From a virus, in the IMG/VR virus record IMGVR_UViG_3300011116_000709, positions 3,973 through 67,972 of that record: a stretch of 64,000 nt of DNA; one strand, 5' to 3'. Below, one piece after another: positions 31,113 to 41,590 of the stretch. The notes under the pieces were generated by a model, which did not search any database, was not told the origin of the DNA, and worked only from the letters and a program-made list of their open reading frames with translations. Within the stretch, counting starts at the first letter, position 1, and the number at the start of each line of letters is the position of its first letter. The position numbers and the translations under genes were made by a program.

Positions 31113-34022
31113 TTAAGCACCAGTATTTTCCAGATATCCATATGTATCGCCTGTAAGCACCGTTCCTCCAGACAATACTGTTCCCTTTGACTTGTATATG
31201 GTTTCAGGCATGTTCAAGAAATTGGTAATAGTTATTCCTGCAAAACTGATTCCTGCGGGAACAGTCAATAGATTCTTTGAATTGGGGTGGTGGGCAATCT
31301 GCCAATAGGTAAGCCCCTTTTCGTAGCCGCTGGCATGAGCCAAGTAGTACGAATCGGGGAGTTTGGTGTCCATTTTATATTTGCGAGCCAAGTACCCGTA
31401 AACCTGTTGACGCTCTTCCTCTTGCAGTTTACGGTCAAACACTATAACTTCGTTTAAAACTCCTCTGAATCCATATGGAGTGTTTGTAATAGCAGACGAA
31501 ACCCAAGAAGAGCCTCCAAACAGGTTATCACTGGACAAACCGTCTATAGCAATAGCACCAAATCGTCCAATAGAAAGAGTTACTCCAGAAATAGGAGTTG
31601 GAGACTCTGAAACGGAAGAAGAAATGCTAGAGATATACAGTCCCGTAGATTTAGAATAATTGGTTGCCCTGTCTCCATTCACATAAGCATACAGAACACC
31701 ATTATCGTCCCGTTGAGCCTCTCCAATAATCATGCCCATGCACGCACCAGAAACATGAGGATCGTATACTATAAACTTTCTGTCAGAAAGTGATGTGGTA
31801 GAGACGCTACTACCCCAAGGCGTAAACCCAAAAACACCAGTGGCGTTGACTGAACTATTTGGAGACAGATATCGTTTCGTTCCATCTGCATCAATAGAAT
31901 AGTAAATTGAATTAGACTGAACGCTGCTGTCTCTGTCTGCATAGTTCCAAGAACGAGAGAACACTATAGTGTCGTTGAAATTATTTTCATTAGAGAAACA
32001 AATTCCAGAACACACAAAACCAGAACCGTATGAATAAGAATCTACTTGCGGTCTAAACACCAAGAAAATATCAGTATCACCAACAACCTCTAGCGGTCTA
32101 GACAGATAGAAATGCCTACCAACTAGAAGAGATTCACCTGTTTTTCCTGGAGCAAAAGATATTCCGTTTCCTAGAGTGTAACCAGCAGAATATCCTGATC
32201 CGTTTGAAGCGTCTCCTGCTTGAGTCCAAACTGTATGCGGTGAAAATATCACTCCTCCATCAAAAGATATTCCTGTGGCTCCTGCTATTCCACCGTCATT
32301 TATCACCAAAGTAGGACGAAGTTTGTCTATGGTAACTCCTGCATAAGCAGGATCGGTTGTCCATTTGTCCCATTTTGGTGGTACAGCATGATTTCCTTGA
32401 GGGGACGCATCCAACCACACATTCATGCTCGCACCAGCAACAACCGCACCACACACTCCAATATTTTCAGGCTTCAACCACAGCACCAATCCACGCATAC
32501 CTTCAGGTGTTAGAGCGGTTTCTTTGCCTCTAAACCACGCGGTTGTGCTGCCTAGAGGAGCACCCAACGGATCGTGAGCCGTCTTGCCGCCTTCAGGAAC
32601 GATGCAATAGGTGTATCCCAAAGATGTGCCGTAGAACAGGGTTCCAAGTGGAGCAGTCTTACCACTTGGGCCCACTTCACTTGTGCTGCCAATATACGGA
32701 TTGTAACCTAGAGGATACAGATCGCCTTCTGCTCCACACCATCCACCACCGCCTGTCAATCCGTTATTTCGTAAATCAACTGTTGTGCCGTGAGTATATG
32801 GAGTGTAGTTTCCAATTATGGGATCGCGGAAAACTACACCCTGTGTTGATGTGGTTGTAGTATTGTCTATCGCGTCCTTCACCAAAATAGAACCAAACAT
32901 CTTGGTTCCAGCAGGATGCACCAAATCTTTTAGTATTGTGAAATAGGTGTCTAGACTCACAGAGGTCTTGAGCACATACGAAAAGTCTTGGTAGTAGTTT
33001 CCGTCTTGTATCTTCTTTGTGGACGACAGTTTACCGCTATTGTTTGTGTAAAATCCTGGATATCGGGTAACTGCTGTTGGTTTGGCAATGACAACCGCAG
33101 AGTTTAGTGTACCAGTATCGCTTATGAACGATACCGTAACCGTATTGAAATAGTTGATGCCTGAGTTTTTTACACCAATCTTCTTGATGGTTCCACCAAG
33201 CCCTGTCTGCTCAATGAATGCAGAAAATCCTGTTCCTTTGGTGTCCGTGATGAACACTTTATCTCCCACACGGAAATTGCTTCCGGGAGTTTGAATAAAG
33301 AATTCAGACAGCACGCTGTACAGGGTTTCGGTGTATTGCTGTCCACCTATAGAAAAAGATACAGGATTAGAGTTTACAAAGTTTCCAACCAAGTTTTTCA
33401 AAAAGAACTCTGTGATTTCGTATCCGTCTTGATTGTACTGTACAACCGTATCAATATCAGCAGACGCTACAAGGGCATTTCCAATGTATTGGTAAACAGA
33501 TGTTCCTTTGGCACTAAAGAGAACAGAACCATTACTAGAAGTGGTTTTGATTGACAGATTTTCAACCCATCGTCCATCAGATGTTTTCAGGATATCTTCT
33601 TTGGGATAGTAGAATTCCACATCGCTATCGTAAAGAACTCGGAAAAGAAACTTGTAAGCACTTTTGGTTCCTTTGTTACCGTAAAAGTCTCGGATGTGCT
33701 TCAGCAGGGTGTTTTTGTTTGGTTTTCTTCCGCTTGTATTGGTTGCCAATACATCAGGAAACCCTTCAAGATATGTGGATTTGAAATGTGAGTAGAACTC
33801 TTCTAGACTACGATCAATATCGTATATGGTGTCTAGATTGCTCAACACATATCCCGGATTTCCTTTGGATTCAGACCACTCGTAGTATGCTTTCAAAAAC
33901 AGAACAAGTTTTCTGTAGTCTCTACGAACAAATGACGGAAACTGCTCCTCAATAAACGGAGACAAAATCCGTTCAAGGTCTTCTGTTGGCTTGGTTAGAA
34001 TGATGTTTTTCAGATCAACCAT
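31113..34022 (-). CDS. gp7: Baseplate wedge subunit with C-terminal extension
   Basis: Q.P.FV..DY..LV.FLKAYYEW, FY..KGT...Y.FLFR.LY, IQD.NYYQ.FSYV.K, LVHPAG.K.FG motifs. Confidence 0.8.
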   Translation of the reverse strand: MVDLKNIILTKPTEDLERILSPFIEEQFPSFVRRDYRKLVLFLKAYYEWSESKGNPGYVLSNLDTIYDIDRSLEEFYSHFKSTYLEGFPDVLATNTSGRKPNKNTLLKHIRDFYGNKGTKSAYKFLFRVLYDSDVEFYYPKEDILKTSDGRWVENLSIKTTSSNGSVLFSAKGTSVYQYIGNALVASADIDTVVQYNQDGYEITEFFLKNLVGNFVNSNPVSFSIGGQQYTETLYSVLSEFFIQTPGSNFRVGDKVFITDTKGTGFSAFIEQTGLGGTIKKIGVKNSGINYFNTVTVSFISDTGTLNSAVVIAKPTAVTRYPGFYTNNSGKLSSTKKIQDGNYYQDFSYVLKTSVSLDTYFTILKDLVHPAGTKMFGSILVKDAIDNTTTTSTQGVVFRDPIIGNYTPYTHGTTVDLRNNGLTGGGGWCGAEGDLYPLGYNPYIGSTSEVGPSGKTAPLGTLFYGTSLGYTYCIVPEGGKTAHDPLGAPLGSTTAWFRGKETALTPEGMRGLVLWLKPENIGVCGAVVAGASMNVWLDASPQGNHAVPPKWDKWTTDPAYAGVTIDKLRPTLVINDGGIAGATGISFDGGVIFSPHTVWTQAGDASNGSGYSAGYTLGNGISFAPGKTGESLLVGRHFYLSRPLEVVGDTDIFLVFRPQVDSYSYGSGFVCSGICFSNENNFNDTIVFSRSWNYADRDSSVQSNSIYYSIDADGTKRYLSPNSSVNATGVFGFTPWGSSVSTTSLSDRKFIVYDPHVSGACMGMIIGEAQRDDNGVLYAYVNGDRATNYSKSTGLYISSISSSVSESPTPISGVTLSIGRFGAIAIDGLSSDNLFGGSSWVSSAITNTPYGFRGVLNEVIVFDRKLQEEERQQVYGYLARKYKMDTKLPDSYYLAHASGYEKGLTYWQIAHHPNSKNLLTVPAGISFAGITITNFLNMPETIYKSKGTVLSGGTVLTGDTYGYLENTGA

Positions 34023-34024
34023 GA

Positions 34025-35863
34025 TTATGTGCTAGCCGATGCCTTTGATGCCATTTCATTAGATAGAGATATGGAAACCGAATCAGAATATCCTCTGTTG
34101 ACTCGTATTACTCGGTTCTCTTTAACAAACAGGTCTTGATTGCTTGGCTGAACCGTGATGGTTATTCCGTACACTATTCCTTCAGCAATCTGGGGAACAA
34201 ATTTAGAATTTAGACGGACTATTCCTTTGGTGTAATCAATAGTTCCAACACCACCCAAAACTAGGCTCTTGTCTCCCGTCATTTCACACTTTATCACATT
34301 CAGAGTTCCGTATCCGTCGTCTTCAAGAACACAACTGTAAATAACTGTTCCATCGTAGTTCTTGTGTGGGAACATATTTGAAGCCAAAATGGATACATGA
34401 CCGTCATGTGGATGATACAGAGAGTTTCCAAAATCTATAACCAAACCTTTAGACGAAACAATACGACCAACCTCAACAGTCTTTCTCAACTTTATCTTGG
34501 TTTGATTGCTCAATATAGCGGGGTGTAGATTGCTCATCCCCTTGACAAAATCCGAGTAGTAAAAATTAGAACCAAAAGAGTTCAGGTTGATGTTGGAATA
34601 CGAAAATGCAAACGCTACGGCTAGTGCTTTCAGGGTTCCGACGCTTACATTCATTGCTGATTGGTTGTATGTAATCTTGCTGTCTATGATTAGATCAAGA
34701 TAATCAGTATCCACTATCTCGGGAATAATTGTGACCACCGAGGCGTTATCACGAAGATTATGCACTAGGCTTTCTTTTTCGCTGTCTGTTAGCGAAGATC
34801 CTGATGTTGGGCGAATAGCAATGAATACTTTTCCGTATTGTGGTGGAGTCACCGTTTCTCCACCATAAACATACACGGAAGCAGCATCAGGATAATACCG
34901 ATTGACTGCTGTGACATAATCGCTTTCGGTGACTGCACGGCTCTGTGAGCGGTAATACTTTGGAGCCATAAATTTGATTTTGGTGGAATTTTCAGGATCA
35001 CCACCACCAGAAGATTCAGATACAGTTTCAACAGTTCCAAGCCCACTCACATTAGACGAGAAAGTACTGATACCATTGGCTAATGTTCCATTCGTTTCCA
35101 AATACTCAATTGAAACAAGGTTTCCGGTTTGGGGTTCTTGACCCAAAAAGCCGTCTCCAAAATACAGTTCATACAAGCCTTTTTCTTTTTCTTGTAGGAA
35201 ATACGCTTTGGATGTGGGTGTCAGGTTAATATACGATGTGGCTTCAGTCCACACATCAGAGTATCCTGTGGTGTCTGTCACAGAAGCCTGAACACGAACA
35301 CGAATAGTGGTTGTGTCAATCTTGTCATTAGGAATGAGCAGAACAGAAAGGTCTTTTCGGTTTCTGTCGTACACATAACTGACCCGACGAATGCTGCCTT
35401 CGTAAACATCTATGGTTTCAAAACGAGCAGGGGAGTCGGTATTAGCGTAAGCATTTTCTAAAAGAACAAACTTATATTGAGTCCCTTCAGGATCGGTTCC
35501 TGTGAACTCGCTTCCACGAGCAAGATATGTGTCTGTAGTAGCCGAACCGCTTGAGATTGGAACAGTCAAGGTAGCCTTTGCTGCACGAGCCGACTGTGGT
35601 GTATATCCTAACTGCTTGGCATGAGACGCAATAGACGGACGCAGAACCGCACTATCCAAAAACATTTCGTTAGCCACCATGTTGGCATAGAATGACTGGT
35701 AATGGGTGTTGTACGCCATTACATCAAGAATGGTGCTCAATACCGAACCGTTGAAGTTATAGTCCTTCAGAGTATCCTGTGACTCAAGGAATGCTTTTAG
35801 AGAAGCCTTTGCTTCTGTAAAGTCCAATCCCACCACATTCAGAGCGTTAGCGTTTGTAGCCAT
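34025..35863 (-). CDS. gp6: Baseplate wedge subunit
   Basis: LDF...K.SLK.FL, DYNF.GS.LS.ILD.MAYNTHY, Q.RAVT..DY, PPQYGKVFI motifs. Confidence 0.96.
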   Translation of the reverse strand: MATNANALNVVGLDFTEAKASLKAFLESQDTLKDYNFNGSVLSTILDVMAYNTHYQSFYANMVANEMFLDSAVLRPSIASHAKQLGYTPQSARAAKATLTVPISSGSATTDTYLARGSEFTGTDPEGTQYKFVLLENAYANTDSPARFETIDVYEGSIRRVSYVYDRNRKDLSVLLIPNDKIDTTTIRVRVQASVTDTTGYSDVWTEATSYINLTPTSKAYFLQEKEKGLYELYFGDGFLGQEPQTGNLVSIEYLETNGTLANGISTFSSNVSGLGTVETVSESSGGGDPENSTKIKFMAPKYYRSQSRAVTESDYVTAVNRYYPDAASVYVYGGETVTPPQYGKVFIAIRPTSGSSLTDSEKESLVHNLRDNASVVTIIPEIVDTDYLDLIIDSKITYNQSAMNVSVGTLKALAVAFAFSYSNINLNSFGSNFYYSDFVKGMSNLHPAILSNQTKIKLRKTVEVGRIVSSKGLVIDFGNSLYHPHDGHVSILASNMFPHKNYDGTVIYSCVLEDDGYGTLNVIKCEMTGDKSLVLGGVGTIDYTKGIVRLNSKFVPQIAEGIVYGITITVQPSNQDLFVKENRVIRVNRGYSDSVSISLSNEMASKASAST

Positions 35864-36273
35864 CAGCGTACCCTTTCAAGTAGTGTTGTTACCCTGTCTA
35901 CCGCTCCTACCGACTGGATCGTATACTCTACTGCCACCTGATAGTCGTTGGAATCAGGATTAGACACCACATCTACTATTATATTGCTTACACGCGGTTC
36001 GTTTTTTCGTATAGTTTCAAGGATTCGGTCACGAATTTCAAACGCAGTAATGGAATCCACAGGCTCAAACAGGAGAGGACGCAAAGACGCACCGATTTGT
36101 GGCTGAAATAGCCGTTCGCCAAATGCGGTGGACAGTAGATTTTGAATTGCCACTTTGATGGCTTTGGTGTCTTTTGTTAGCACCACATCGCTAGTTTTGG
36201 GATTACGGGTAAACAGCGGATCAATATCCGTGTACACTGGTTCCTGCTGGGATGTTGAAATTTTTAGGGGCAT
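35863..36273 (-). CDS. gp25: Baseplate wedge subunit (gp25/GPW family)
   Basis: AIK.AI.NL..T..GERLFQP.IG....LLFEP, EPRV motifs. Confidence 0.95.
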   Translation of the reverse strand: MPLKISTSQQEPVYTDIDPLFTRNPKTSDVVLTKDTKAIKVAIQNLLSTAFGERLFQPQIGASLRPLLFEPVDSITAFEIRDRILETIRKNEPRVSNIIVDVVSNPDSNDYQVAVEYTIQSVGAVDRVTTLLERVR

Positions 36274-36935
36274 TAGTGTTTACCTAGAGTAAGATGTGTG
36301 TTTATAGCCTTTGTGGAGGTGCAAATCACCTCTCCCAATGAATTTTCAGATATTCCTTCAGCGTGAACCGAGTCCAATTCAGAAAAATCACACCAATGGC
36401 AGCACACAAATCCCATAGGAGTAAGCCCGTCTTCACATCGTAGAGGGCTAACCGCAAAGCACAGCACATTATTTATTTCAAGTCCGTAACGAAACGAGCA
36501 TTGTGGAAGATCACTGGTTCTAATTATTTTATTACTGCTGGTGTCTAAAATATCAACCAATTCTTTATAACGAGTCAAAAGGACATCCTGTGACTCCAAA
36601 AGCATTCCTTGAACCCCGTTTCCACACGATTCGTGGGTCACGGAGAACCGCTTAATAGAACTACCGTCTGCAAACTTGCCACCGTTATGAAACTGAAAAA
36701 CTATTGACCGGGATGCACGAACCAACAACCGCAATTCGGTAAGGGCTTCGTGAACTCGGCTGTGAACCTGTGCTATCTTTTCTTCTTTCCTCACATTTTC
36801 TCGTGCTGCATTTTTTCGCTTTTTAATCATTGTCCACAGACCAACAACCAAGCCAACACCGAACACGCCCATAAGTTCTCCGAGCGAGTAAAATATTTCT
36901 TTGAAAGACGCAACCGCTGATACTTCTTCACTCAT
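36273..36935 (-). CDS. Membrane-anchored GAF-like protein, possible T-type holin
   Basis: One N-terminal hydrophobic helix (LMGVFGVGLVVGLWTMI), then L..LR....A.R..VFQFHNG...FSVTHE...MGFV. Confidence 0.5.
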   Translation of the reverse strand: MSEEVSAVASFKEIFYSLGELMGVFGVGLVVGLWTMIKKRKNAARENVRKEEKIAQVHSRVHEALTELRLLVRASRSIVFQFHNGGKFADGSSIKRFSVTHESCGNGVQGMLLESQDVLLTRYKELVDILDTSSNKIIRTSDLPQCSFRYGLEINNVLCFAVSPLRCEDGLTPMGFVCCHWCDFSELDSVHAEGISENSLGEVICTSTKAINTHLTLGKH

Positions 36936-37765
36936 CGCGTTGTTGTACTCCCTGAACTAGCAAATGGAGAAGCCACAGAAGCGTTTGCTGCTCCTGCCAA
37001 CTGTTGAAATTCTGGAGTCAATAAATTATTACTGTTAATTGCAACACTCATTTTGTTGCACGGATCATTTGCTTCACCTATAAGATTACTGAAGAAATTT
37101 ATTTGGCTATATTTTCCTATCACACCCGCAGCCTGTTGAATCATGTTTACACTATCGTTTGTGACTTGGCTAATAGCAGAGGTTGCTTGATTTATTTTTG
37201 AACTGATTCCTTCAAGTGCAGCATTGAACTCTTTTGCTGCATTTTCCATACCTGAACCAGCAGGATTCTTTGCAAAATTATCAAGTATTCGCTCCAAATC
37301 TGCATGAACTCCTCCACCAATTGAAATAGCATTTTGTCCATTTCCAGTCAAAACTCCTACAGAAAGTGTAACATCAAGACCTTCTATTCCAAGAGCACAT
37401 CCAAGATTAGCATAAAAATTCATGCTACCAATAGTACTCATTAGAGTTTGAGGATTGCTTAATTTATCTGCTTGGCTTTTGAAAGCATTCACAGCACCTT
37501 GCATAGTGTTTAGGTTTCCAATAATACCGTTTACTTTTGCTAAATCTATACCCGTCTGTCCTAGTGCATTTCCTAATGTTCCTGCACCACCTGGATTAAC
37601 AACTGTTGACGCTATGGCAGTTAGTTTAGAGATAGATTGAGACAGATTGCTGCTAAGTGCACCAGCCTGCCCACCTGTTGGATTTTGCACAAAAGTCTTG
37701 CCTAGTTGGCTATTTACCAAATTCTTTTGTTCGTCAGTTAGTTTTTGCTTACATGGACATGTCAT
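36932..37765 (-). CDS. Hypothetical protein in baseplate cluster
   Basis: 277-aa ORF overlapping the next gene's start; A/N/Q/S rich. Confidence 0.7.
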   Translation of the reverse strand: MTCPCKQKLTDEQKNLVNSQLGKTFVQNPTGGQAGALSSNLSQSISKLTAIASTVVNPGGAGTLGNALGQTGIDLAKVNGIIGNLNTMQGAVNAFKSQADKLSNPQTLMSTIGSMNFYANLGCALGIEGLDVTLSVGVLTGNGQNAISIGGGVHADLERILDNFAKNPAGSGMENAAKEFNAALEGISSKINQATSAISQVTNDSVNMIQQAAGVIGKYSQINFFSNLIGEANDPCNKMSVAINSNNLLTPEFQQLAGAANASVASPFASSGSTTTR

Positions 37766-37768
37766 AGT

Positions 37769-38029
37769 TTACCCCACTATTACTCGTGCTGAACCTGTTG
37801 GAACATCACCACACGATGCCTGACTGGCTTCTGTGCAGACAGGAATCCCCCCTACTACGACTCGTGGATTTCCGTTAATCATGGTTGCGTTGCTGTGTTC
37901 GTCTTTTCCGTGATTTTCAACAGGATTTCCCTCTACAACTACAGGCTGTCCTTCTATAACCACAGAAGAATCACCAACCAAAATAGTGCCTCCAGCAGTA
38001 TCTATGTAAGCCCTACAAACGCCCGGCAT
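37769..38029 (-). CDS. gp5.4: PAAR-like spike tip protein
   Basis: D.AGG.I..G...V.I.G.PV...G..V..HG...H, V.VGG.PV....ASCG; next to gp5. Confidence 0.88.
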   Translation of the reverse strand: MPGVCRAYIDTAGGTILVGDSSVVIEGQPVVVEGNPVENHGKDEHSNATMINGNPRVVVGGIPVCTEASQASCGDVPTGSARVIVG

Positions 38030-38250
38030 TAGATAACTCCTCCATCAATTACGGTTGGATTTGGAGACGGATCGGTTGTGATTGACATCAGCGTAAACCC
38101 TGATCCGCTTTCACTTGGAAGATAACCATACGATTGGGTGATCCCGCAAATCCAAAAATATCCGTCTCGTGTTACCACATCTCCGTAGTTGTAAACGCGA
38201 TATACAGATGAACCGGGTTCATATTTGCGATGGTCGCCTCTATAATTCAT
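38029..38250 (-). CDS. Small hypothetical protein
   Basis: Y..GDVVT.DG.FW.C segment resembles small carbohydrate-binding (CBM5/12-like) modules. Confidence 0.55.
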   Translation of the reverse strand: MNYRGDHRKYEPGSSVYRVYNYGDVVTRDGYFWICGITQSYGYLPSESGSGFTLMSITTDPSPNPTVIDGGVI

Positions 38251-39347
38251 TGTAGTTGAACCTTACTTGGGCGAACAGATGGCGATCCCGAATTCAATTC
38301 TATGCGGCTACCAATCACAGCAACCGAGCCGTCAGAGATGAACTCAACGGTCTTACCCGAGAACGCAATACTGTCAGCAGCAAAAAATTCCATCTGCTTG
38401 CCCGAAGCACGGAATTTGCCTTCACATTGCAGATTCACTTCAGCCTTTGCAAAAATATTGATGTTACCGTCTATCTGAATATTGCTGCCGTTACCATTGA
38501 TAGTGAGATTCACAGGGCCATCAACCACTACATTCAATCCTTCTTTGCCACCAATATACACTTTCTTGTTGCCCAAGCAGATTTCGTAGTCATCACCAAC
38601 AATCTTTTGAACGCGGGTTCCATCAGGATTGTTTTCCCAACCGTTTCCTACTTCAGTAAATGTACCTGATGCGTGATATTCGTGAATACGCTCTGCACCG
38701 GGAGTGTCGTCGTATTCTTTTACATGTCCACTCTCTGTAAACTGCACATGGTTGTGGGGATACGCTGCGTTGTATGGCGTAAGAGGCTCGCTCCATTGTG
38801 ACTTGCCGTCTTTGATGCCCGGTGTGCTTTGTATATTTTGCTTTAGTGTGCTTGCTTTCTTTTCTGTAACTGTGCCCTGCCCATTAGTTTCGCCGTTGTT
38901 TCTTGCCAAACGATTAGTATCAGTTTCGCCAACCACAGACACACCAATAGGAAACAGCCCGTTGTTTACATCATCTGTTTTTGCGGGATATTGCCCTGAC
39001 GGATCATCAAAACCTTTAGAAGTAACTGCTTCGGATTGTGGAATACCACCAAAAGAACCCATCATAACAGGTTCTTGTGCGTCTTCTCCGTCTCTAAAAA
39101 ATCCAAACACATGGGAACCGTTCAACAGTCCTGTTGGAGACTGCCCGATACCAGACAGGGCAGCACTGGTAATTGGCTGCATGGGATACGCCCAAGGCAG
39201 AGCAGCGGTTGGCAGTTCCACCTTGTTATCAGAATGAAAACCAAATATTCGGACGCGGCATCTGCCTAAAAATAACGGGTCGGCGTTGTCTTCCACAACA
39301 CCGTGCCACCACACAAAGCCTTCTCGCCCTGAAAAACCTTTCATCAT
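38247..39347 (-). CDS. gp5: Baseplate central spike, without lysozyme domain
   Basis: FVWW.GVVED..DP..LGR.RVRIFG.H, LPWA, YP.NHV..TESGH..EYDDTPG.ERIH..H.SGT. Confidence 0.93.
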   Translation of the reverse strand: MMKGFSGREGFVWWHGVVEDNADPLFLGRCRVRIFGFHSDNKVELPTAALPWAYPMQPITSAALSGIGQSPTGLLNGSHVFGFFRDGEDAQEPVMMGSFGGIPQSEAVTSKGFDDPSGQYPAKTDDVNNGLFPIGVSVVGETDTNRLARNNGETNGQGTVTEKKASTLKQNIQSTPGIKDGKSQWSEPLTPYNAAYPHNHVQFTESGHVKEYDDTPGAERIHEYHASGTFTEVGNGWENNPDGTRVQKIVGDDYEICLGNKKVYIGGKEGLNVVVDGPVNLTINGNGSNIQIDGNINIFAKAEVNLQCEGKFRASGKQMEFFAADSIAFSGKTVEFISDGSVAVIGSRIELNSGSPSVRPSKVQLQ

Positions 39348-40669
39348 ACCCCCAATGCGTTTCTGGACAGTTCCATTTTACAACTGTATGCCGTACCAAA
39401 AGTATGCCTGACTGATGTTATAAGATAGTTTCCGCTAAAGTTCTTGTCTGCCTTGTCTGCCTTGACAGCGTGATCGGAAGCAAACTTTGGAGTATACAGA
39501 TTTATGACCTGACCTACTCGTTTGGTGCTGTCCCCGTAAACATCTATTGCTATTTTTTGTGTCATTATGGCATTTAGGTGGTATTTTCTTTTTAGGAAAA
39601 ACGATTCGAATCCGGTGTTGTCCACTATATTGTTTTGATCGGTGTATGCGGTGTAGTTTGTTGATGGCAAGAAGTAGTATGCACAGGGGTCTTTGTAAAA
39701 ATACTCATCATCATTATCAGAGTTCTTATAGTGAGACTTGGTTCCGAGTTTTGTTGAGTCTTGGAACACATCAGTTTCTCTGAATTGTGTTTCACGCTGT
39801 TCTTTTCTCAACATATCGTGGACCAACAACCGAGACGAAACCACACCATTCATAATATTCTCTGCCATGTTGAAACGAGACAACTCTTCCAAAGCCTGAA
39901 CTCGGTGAAATATGGCACTTAATGGGCCATCGGTAGGCAGACTGCTTGGGCCACCATCAGGAGCAGCAATCTTGTCCTTTATGTAATAATAGTCCTGAAC
40001 TTTAACAGAACCGTCCTCTATGATTTTGCTCAAACTTTTAAAGGTGTATCCGTCAAAAGTCTCGTAGAAAAAGAAAGGGCTATAGTCGGTTGCAACTCCA
40101 CTTACTGCTTTGGATGTCAGCCACGAAATAGCCTTGAATGGTGTGTGACTTTTTGGGAGAACGAAAGAGTAGTTGTCTACTGTTGGTTGAATATCAAACC
40201 GATCTTTCCAAATGTGATCGGGAAAGTGCTTTGTTACTATGGTTTCTATCATCTTGGAAACCGAACCGTTCACATGGTATCCGCAGCGTTGTGAATAGTT
40301 TATTAGCCCACCTTCGCTTATCAGGTGAATGGTATATCGCTGCCCCTTTCCATTAGGATCAGCAGCGTGTTTGTCCAGTTTGTATATTCTAAAAATCTTT
40401 CTAACAGGTTTTACATTCTGAACATCGGTTTTAAATTCTATTTCCACAAACTCTTGCCCCGTGATAGGAACTATTTCAGGAGCATTAAAAGATTCGTTCA
40501 TAGCAATCGTGCCAGACATATAAGGAGAGAACATGTCTTCAAACAATTCCATCTGCGTATACAGATTAGAAATGTCTAACTCTTTTTTGGTGACGGTTGA
40601 TCTAATCAATAGTTTGGTGAGTTTATAATCACCAGCCTTGAGAAGATTTTGTCCTCCGTTCTGTGACAT
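39344..40669 (-). CDS. Baseplate hub protein (gp27-like)
   Basis: ELFED.FSP..SG.I, PF.AI.WL, F.FYET.DG..FKSL, SG.YLIT.VRH; between gp53 and gp5. Confidence 0.75.
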   Translation of the reverse strand: MSQNGGQNLLKAGDYKLTKLLIRSTVTKKELDISNLYTQMELFEDMFSPYMSGTIAMNESFNAPEIVPITGQEFVEIEFKTDVQNVKPVRKIFRIYKLDKHAADPNGKGQRYTIHLISEGGLINYSQRCGYHVNGSVSKMIETIVTKHFPDHIWKDRFDIQPTVDNYSFVLPKSHTPFKAISWLTSKAVSGVATDYSPFFFYETFDGYTFKSLSKIIEDGSVKVQDYYYIKDKIAAPDGGPSSLPTDGPLSAIFHRVQALEELSRFNMAENIMNGVVSSRLLVHDMLRKEQRETQFRETDVFQDSTKLGTKSHYKNSDNDDEYFYKDPCAYYFLPSTNYTAYTDQNNIVDNTGFESFFLKRKYHLNAIMTQKIAIDVYGDSTKRVGQVINLYTPKFASDHAVKADKADKNFSGNYLITSVRHTFGTAYSCKMELSRNALGV

Positions 40670-40672
40670 ACT

Positions 40673-41590
40673 TTACACCTTCAACAAGTTTTGAATTTCT
40701 CGCTTCACGCTGTCTGCGTATCGTGGATGCAGCACTTTTATTCGTCTACGAAGTTCGTTCTTTTCGTTTTCGTATGTGTAATTTGAAACCGCATATTGGT
40801 TCACATCATCTCCTGATATGCCCATGTATCCGCCAATATAGGTTTCCCAAAGAGCAACCGAACCTGTTCCGCCAGTGCTTGTTCGTATACCCAGAACAGG
40901 AGTTCCTGATCCAACAACTCCTAATTGGCTATAATCAGAATACTGATTGGTCTGTTTGGCTAGAGGATCAAGAACAGGAATTTCTTCTGTTCCGTTTTCT
41001 CCTGTTGGGCCAACTGTAGCAGTGTATCCAACCGCTCGGAAATAATTCACGGCTGTGTACGAAGGCAACACTCTCTGTATTTTTACTGTGAGCAATCCAC
41101 CGCCAGACAAACCAACTGTAGCAGAACCGGTTGTAAACGACGGAGAGTCCACAACCAATTTACATAAAGTTGGATGATACTCGGTTATGGCAGAAGACAC
41201 ACCATTTTGCGTCAAAACAGAACCCGCAAACAGATTGGTATTGTACAGGAATTCATCGCTGCTGCTTGTAAAGAAAACAGAGAACCCACCGTACTTCGTG
41301 GAAATATACTCTTCCATTGCAGCAGAAGACTTGTACCAGTCGTGATACGGATCAATTATGTCATTTGATAGCAGGACAATCCAATGATCTTCTGGATTTC
41401 CGTATACACGATCTGCAATATGTTCAGGGCGTTCACCGTCTTTGATGTGGTACTCAACAAATGCACCACGAGACGCTTTGGTTTCATCAGACATGACAAC
41501 ACGCCGAAGTATGTTTCTTGCCACAATATTTTTAGTGGCATCACCAATCTGATACGGATACGATAGAATTGGAAAATTATTGAAATACAT
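40673..41590 (-). CDS. gp53: Baseplate wedge subunit
   Basis: MYF..FP, Y.I.DGERPE.IA..VYG....HW.VLL.N.IIDP, V.NY.YE...NE.RR.IK.L. Confidence 0.92.
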   Translation of the reverse strand: MYFNNFPILSYPYQIGDATKNIVARNILRRVVMSDETKASRGAFVEYHIKDGERPEHIADRVYGNPEDHWIVLLSNDIIDPYHDWYKSSAAMEEYISTKYGGFSVFFTSSSDEFLYNTNLFAGSVLTQNGVSSAITEYHPTLCKLVVDSPSFTTGSATVGLSGGGLLTVKIQRVLPSYTAVNYFRAVGYTATVGPTGENGTEEIPVLDPLAKQTNQYSDYSQLGVVGSGTPVLGIRTSTGGTGSVALWETYIGGYMGISGDDVNQYAVSNYTYENEKNELRRRIKVLHPRYADSVKREIQNLLKV

